From contig OZ025791.1 in the NCBI GenBank assembly GCA_964019425.1, positions 1,240,001 through 1,304,000 of the forward strand: a stretch of DNA of 64,000 nt, given 5' to 3'. The DNA comes from Flectonema sp. DT1601. Its lineage: Eukaryota. The first letter of the stretch is position 1. Each line of letters opens with the position of its first letter. Of the stretch, positions 57,597 to 64,000 are shown in pieces. A program made the position numbers and the translations under genes. The notes beneath the pieces were generated by a model that made no database searches, was not told the DNA's origin, and saw only the letters and a list, made by a program, of their open reading frames with translations.

Positions 57597-60500
57597 ATGA
57601 GTCAGCCAGCTGACGATGATGACAACTCGAAGAATAAGAAGAACAGCGTACCTGAAACCACTGGTGCTAAATACAAAAAAGATGATGACAGTGAGGAAGC
57701 AGAAACTGAAAGTGATGGCGATATCAGCGACAGTGAATCACAACCGTCGAATGACGGTGGATGGTTCTCAACTGGAATACCTATTGAACGAATCCTTCAA
57801 AACATACAACATCGAACACTAGCATCTCAATTGTATTCCGACTTTTTAAAATATGTTCCGTTCCTTGTGATGTTCGTCTTCTTCTTTTTGGGACTTCCTG
57901 GAACCCCTTCAGAGCGCAACATTACAGATCAACATTATGTAGTACGAGTTGTTAAGGATCGAATTCTGGGAAACTTTGCCCCAGATGTTGAGGTTCCAAA
58001 ATTTGCAATGGACACTGCTAAAGCTGAAGACTGGACTTGGTGGGCATCAACAGTGGTAGTACCAAACCTGTGGGACTGCACTACGGAAACTCCATTCGTT
58101 CAACTGACTCACCAATCACAAAACTATCTAATAGGAGCGGCAAAGTTTAGATCACTTCGGGTGCGACCCAACACATGCAACATCAACACAGCTGTGTGGT
58201 CAGAACCACCCTCTGGGGACCACGCTTGTTATGGAACCTGGGGTAGTAGTCGGCAAGAAAAGGAAATCAGATTTGGGTTTCCGGATCCTTCAAAGTTTCC
58301 CTCTTGGAGTGATCTGGTTACTCCTGTTACACGGAAGCCATCGAAAGTTGCAATCGCAGAGATATACTTATCTAGCTCGTTATCTGGTGAACCAGTGCCG
58401 ATAGATTTTGAAATTTTACGAGCAACTTTCCACAACGATCACGGAATATCACAATTAGGTGAAGGTCCTCAATACGCTGGTGATGGGAATCCAAAAACAG
58501 ACTGGTCGGATGAGGAACACGGTACCCTAACAGTTGTGTTCCCAACTGATATAGAAGTTTCATATTTCACTTTTATGACATCTTCTCAAGGAGCTGTTAG
58601 TGATCCAATTAAATGGATAGTTTCAGGTTCTAGTGATGGACTAACTTGGGTCCCTCTTCGTAGACAGGAATGGAAATACTCAGTCACAACTGATAGAAGA
58701 GAACGCTTGCCCTGGTTTACATTAAAACGAGATGATGGGCAAACAATCTTTTTTTCGATGTACAAGTTTGAGCCTACAGAACTACGTGGAGAGGAAACAA
58801 TTCCCCAATATCGGGTTAATTGGGAACCTCCTCCTTACTCGAATGAAGTATCTGAATTGAGTGACGTCCAGAGGGGATTAGTTCCTGGAAAAGCCGATGC
58901 TGTTCAAATTTCAGAATTTCGTATTAGAGGTCAACCAAAAACCGTCAGGTTCGATTCCGGCATGGGTCGTGGTGGAATGGCAAATCTCGGGACGATTGCC
59001 TCAAATCCGTCTGGGTATAATCAAGATATTAACGGTTATTTCCCGCCTTCTAATGCAATTGATGGTGATCCTTCAACAAAATGGGTCGACACGACTTCTG
59101 GGAGCTTAATAATATCACTTCCTGATATATCATTTGCTTCAGCATTCACATTTACTACAGCTGATGATAAACCGTGGAGAGACCCTGTTCGATGGACTTT
59201 GGAAGGTGCAATTCTTCTAGAAGGAGAGTCTACCAATTGGATATTGCTTTATGCGAGTAAGAATGATTTTTTAACACCCCTGGAAAGGGGAAAACAACTT
59301 CCCTGGTTTTCGATAAATAACGGAACAGATGCACCACCTTATGTATTTTCACATTATCGTTTTACTGCATTTAAAGTGAGAGGTGGTGTAGCAAAGTCTG
59401 ATTTGATATACCAATTTAAACCTTGTGGAGGACTTACTGCAGATGCGTTAAGTGGATACATATTAGGGGATGTTGATAATTATCATTGTGGAGGTTATGA
59501 AGTTCAAGTACCGTTTACAGCATCTTGTCAGACTGCTACTGACGTTTCCAGAGCGATGGCCTCAACTAACTTTCCTTTTGTTGATAATTACGCAACTAGG
59601 TTAGTGACAATAGAGTTCTTTTTATATAATCCTCAATTTGATGATTTCGTATCTGCGAAGTTCTTTTCTGAAGTAGCAGCCTGTGGGATGTGGGTCAATA
59701 AGTTTCACATCAGACCATTTCGAATTTGGTCAGAAAAAGACTTGCTTCAAACAATTTTTGACTTCTTTTTTCTCTGTTTTGTCTTCTTCTTTATCTACAG
59801 ATTTATATTTGACTGGAGAAGATACATTCGAAAAAGAGGCCTGTGGTATAATTTCCTCCTTGAAGTATGGAACATTTTGGAACTAACAAACTTGATAACA
59901 TTCATGGTCGTCTTTGGATTTCGATTTGTATGGTGGGCTGAGAGTGAACGAATAAAAATAAAGCTACCAGCACCTGACGTGTATCCGTCTCTTGATAAAG
60001 TATTAAACATTGGAAGTAGTCAGAATATCGCCAATGCCGTTAATATGGTAATAACGTTTTTAAAATTCTTGAAGTACGTCAGATTGAACAGTAAATTAAA
60101 TCTTTTAACAAAAACTCTTTCGAAAAGTAAAGAAGAACTGATGTGCTGTTTGTTAATATTTGTGTATATCGTGTTCGCGTTTTCTCTCACAGGAAATGCT
60201 TTGTTTGGAGCAAACATTTGGGATTACCGTACGGTGGGTATTTCGTACTCATCTCTCTTACGAATGCTGTTGGGAGACTACGACTTTGAGTCTTTGAAAA
60301 GAGAAAATAGATTCTTAGCGGGAATATTCTTCTGGGCCTTTGTGGTGTTGGCATTATTTCTGATGTTGAATTTTCTTGTTGCTATTCTCACAAACAATCT
60401 GTCACTGTTAACGATTCAAGGGACGGGTTCTGAGATTCCGTTTGATGAACAGATGGCTCAATTTGTGTTTAAACTGAAACGGTCTTTTCACCCAGCTAGA

Positions 60501-61182
60501 ATCTCTCATGAATTAGCCTTACAGATTCAGGGTAGATCAGTTGGGGATTTACTTGATCAAGCAGTTGATAATCTTGAGGAGTATTGGAGAAATATAAAAA
60601 CATGCTCTGACTGTGCAGAACTCACTTCGTGCATATGCAGCACAACCGATGAAATTGATATTTGTGGAAGGTGTGGAGCTACTCCTGCCTGTTCAATGTC
60701 TGGTGGCAACCATCCACTTTACTACACAGATCCAACTTCTCGTTTGGTGTTTAGAAATGAACTTCGTTTCGCTATCGGTTCGCGTGAGTACGATCTACTC
60801 GGAGAAAACCTAATGGATGACATCTGGCAGGAGATACTCTGGGATTGGGACATGTCACAGCGATTCGCAAAGAGTAGTGGTGGAGAACAGGTATGAACCT
60901 TTTGTCTTACTGTTGAGCTGTAGGTTGTTCATAAGAGCTTTCTATTAACATCAAACAAACAGGAGAAACTAGTTGGCGATGCAGTCATCGATGCCTTAGT
61001 AGGTCTCGACGGGCAACACCTCGGCGCGATATCTGAAATTGATCAATTAGATATTAAGTTTAAGGGACTTGAACAAGAGGTATGTGTATCTTCTCTTCTA
61101 ACCTTAACAATTAACTGTTATTCTAATTATAATAAAACAGGTTCATAGTCTGTTGGGACTCATCGAATCGTCAAGAGAGTAG
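57597..61182 (+). CDS. Polycystin-2 (PKD2/TRPP)-like cation channel; exons 57597-60890, 60963-61079, 61141-61182
   Basis: TM1, TOP-like NYLIGAAKFRSLRVR...TRLVTIEFFLYNP, WNILEL, KFLKY, LFG, LLRMLLGDYDF, LNFLVAIL. Two GTATG..ACAG phase-0 introns extend the frame into a coiled coil ending TAG at 61182. Confidence 0.9.
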
Positions 61183-61953
61183 TGACAGCATCACTCCCCG
61201 AGAGGATACTATCGTAAGTGAGTTGGTTAAACGTCATTGGCAAGGAGTCTGACAGCTGGTTGAAACTCTTGATTGTGATTTATTATTATTAACAATCGAA
61301 TGGTGTGGTATAAAGATCTGATTAGTGACTTGTGGATGAAATAATTGAGGGCTTTCTTTGTCTTGGAAAATACCACGAAGTCCGAAAGGACAAACGAAAA
61401 AAAAACTAAAAAAAAAAAAATAACTCATCTGTTCTATTACTCCCGTCTCTCAGGTTTGTCCCTTTTCAGGGAACAACGTTGCTTATATTTCCTCCTGCTT
61501 TCTTAATTTCTTCCCCTTTTCTTTATGAATGCAAGCATCTCCTTCAGCTGTGCATGATTATTATTATTATTATTTTTCCATCAAATATTTCTGTTGAATT
61601 TGATTATATTTTTGGTAGTTGGGTAATCACAATTACCATTTTCAATTTTTATTTGCCCATCCTTATATTTTCCCCCCCTCCTTTTTTTTTTTTTTCTTTC
61701 TTTTTGAGAAAGTGAATTATTTACCCACAAAAAATTATATTATTTCTTTTCTTCCTCAAAAAGAAAAAAGTATGTTTCTTTTGTATTACTTTGTTTGAAT
61801 TTTTGTTTGTGATTTTTTTTTCCCTCCTTTTTTTTTCTTCTTCTTGTTTTTAAATTAAAATTTCTATCATTTCACAGACTGAACATGGAATAGCTTTCTC
61901 TCTGTCTCTCTCTCCCAAGTAATCTTTATTCTTCAGCTGACACAATATGAGAA

Positions 61954-63352
61954 ATGCCAATAGTAGGTCTTACACCTTTCACTTTAAATAAACAACCTGC
62001 ACGTGTACGCAGACGATCAGAAGACATCACTGAAACCCCGCCGTTGGTGAAGTGGGAAAATGTGAAATCAAAGAAACAAAAACGAATCCAGAGAATGAAT
62101 GAAGAGACCTCATTCAAATCTTCTGAAGGTAAAGTGTTGCAAACATATAAAACAAAAGAAAAGTTATTACAATCACACAAAGATATGGCGAATGACGGAA
62201 CCAAACGTAGAATGACATACTCAAAACTGATTACTGATAAAGACATAAATGAGGTTGATGTTCAGTTAATTCGTCCAAGAGCTAAAACTTTAAATCAAAC
62301 AGCCATCGATAAACAACTTCACGATGACCACCTTCGATGGGGAACTCGTTACGAACATCGAAGCAGAGTTTGGGTCGTCGAGGGACCAAACAACTACACA
62401 CAATCAGAATATAATATATTCCTTAACTTACTTACACAAGATTTAACTAACTGTGAGTCTATTCTTCAACTCTCATTGCGTCGAATATTATTTAACTGTA
62501 ATCAACTACCACTCCTTCTGAAAGCAGCAGACACTTGTCGGGTGCTATCTCACTTGTGTCTTTCTAGGTGTGGAATTAATGATGAATTGTTCACAACTTT
62601 GTTATCTTATCTTCCAAAAATGATTAAACGACTTGAAATACCGCACAATAAAATAACTACTGTCGGGGTTGAAGTATTTTGCAGTATTCTGGTCACGGAA
62701 TATAATAATATTGAGGGTATGGTTTTTTATTTAATAATGTTTATTGACATTTTGAGGAAAAATTAAGTTTTTGTAAATAAAAAGATGAAGCCAACAAAAA
62801 ACAGCTGTCTCGTTTCATGGAAACAAGACGGGTGATGGCCCATGTCGGGCTATTGCTGATCTGTTGTCAGAAAATAGTTTGCTTCGGGATGTTAATTTAT
62901 CGTTTATGGAAATAACTGATGGAGGTGCTGTTCAACTAGCCAGAGTAATACCCGACTTGAAAGGATTACAACAATTACATTTGGAAGGCAATTTACTGTC
63001 GTTATCGTCTGGGATAACATTATTTGAAGCCATGAAGAAGAATCGATCCATCACTTCTCTGCGGTTACGTCATTGTAGAGCGATCACTTCATGTATTATG
63101 AAGGCTATTTCTCAACGTCTTGAGAGTAATAAACTTAGATTACTAAGTCCTACTTTAAGATCAATATTATCAAGGAATAATGGTCAGTTACTGCAGGAGA
63201 GAAATGTTTCTTTTGCTTCTCCGACTCCAACTCTGTTCCGTCAGTTCATCGACAACTCTCCCAGTGCCAGGAGATACGAATTTGATGAAACTCATCAGAC
63301 GATTGTTCAGAGCGCTTCAGACTCTCTAGCGAGCAGTTTGAGTCAGCGATGA
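61954..63352 (+). CDS. RNI-like leucine-rich repeat protein; exons 61954-62716 and 62805-63352
   Basis: LSHLCLSRCGI, LEIPHNKITTVG, LRDVNLSFMEITDGGA, LQQLHLEGNLL. A GTATG..AACAG intron joins the two ORFs in frame (IE-A-VSFHGN). Confidence 0.85.
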
Positions 63353-63666
63353 CTGTCCTCGTTGTCGTTAAACTGATATGTGAAGTTAACAAAAACAGTT
63401 TCCACGCTAATACGTTTTTACCTGAACGCTTCGGCCCTTGCAATTATTCTCCTTGAACGAATATCTAACAGCGCAAGTCATTCTTGCACTGATTACGTCT
63501 GCCATAAGAGCTGGAGGGAGGAAGCTCTCTGTGGGCATTAGCGTCGACTTTAGCGAAGTAGACAACAAGGAGAAGGAATTTTCATTTACACCATCTTGTG
63601 GTTAACTTTGGGCGGTTGTGTTGTCAAACATGAATATTATTTTCTTTTAGATCTCAACATCATAAA

Positions 63667-64000
63667 ATGTCTATCCAGGCAGCCCTGTCATCGGGCAAGG
63701 TAGTAGACCTTTACTCTGTGCTCAAGGGAGAAAAACCAGAAGTGACAAAAGATGATATCATTTCTGGGTTTAAAAAGAATATCGAGTGTGGAATTGTCCT
63801 TTTGACGAAGGCAGGAAAAGAAACAGCAGCGAAGGTATTTATTGAGATGGTTGAGGGAGGATTCAGAGCAGGTGTTTGCTACGCCGTAGACACTCAGGAA
63901 GTGAGTCCTGACACTACCAGTGCTGATGGAGTGCCTGCGGTAGTGATTGCAGCAAAGGCTGGTCATACTGATATTTTAATTTCACTTCTAGAACGTGGTG
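63667..64000 (+). CDS. Ankyrin-repeat protein, 5' part (runs off the window)
   Basis: ATG at 63667 is open to the end: ...PDTTSADGVPAVVIAAKAGHTDILISLLERG. Preceded by a pyrimidine tract and AG. Confidence 0.75.
   Translation, partial: MSIQAALSSGKVVDLYSVLKGEKPEVTKDDIISGFKKNIECGIVLLTKAGKETAAKVFIEMVEGGFRAGVCYAVDTQEVSPDTTSADGVPAVVIAAKAGHTDILISLLERG

Overview
Eukaryotic sequence, probably a euglenozoan such as a diplonemid. This is inferred from a kinetoplastid-like LSU rRNA fragment, short GT..ACAG cis-introns and co-oriented genes. Bases 1 to ~52,500 are a nested repeat island with five main components. (1) A HERO-like REL-endonuclease non-LTR retrotransposon with a ~5.7 kb 3' UTR that carries the ~100/120-bp palindromic satellite. 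At least 7 identical poly(A)-less 3' ends are present, and copies sit inside each other and inside the other repeats. (2) A 1.37-kb non-coding tandem unit that is itself mobile and shares UTR sequence with that LINE. (3) A Mutator (MULE) family with GGGAAAACCT termini: two transposase genes with histone-H1-like tails, plus two non-autonomous copies. One of these carries an LSU rRNA fragment between two convergent tRNA-like genes. (4) A DIRS/tyrosine-recombinase-type RT-RNaseH fragment. (5) Two tandem Crinkler/RHS-type NTPase+REase genes that differ almost only in one swapped N-terminal segment. Bases ~53,200-64,000 are + strand genes: a large coiled-coil protein, a PKD2/TRPP-like channel with inserted discoidin-like domains, an RNI-type LRR protein and the start of an ankyrin protein. 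All family assignments come from motif reading by eye, not database searches.
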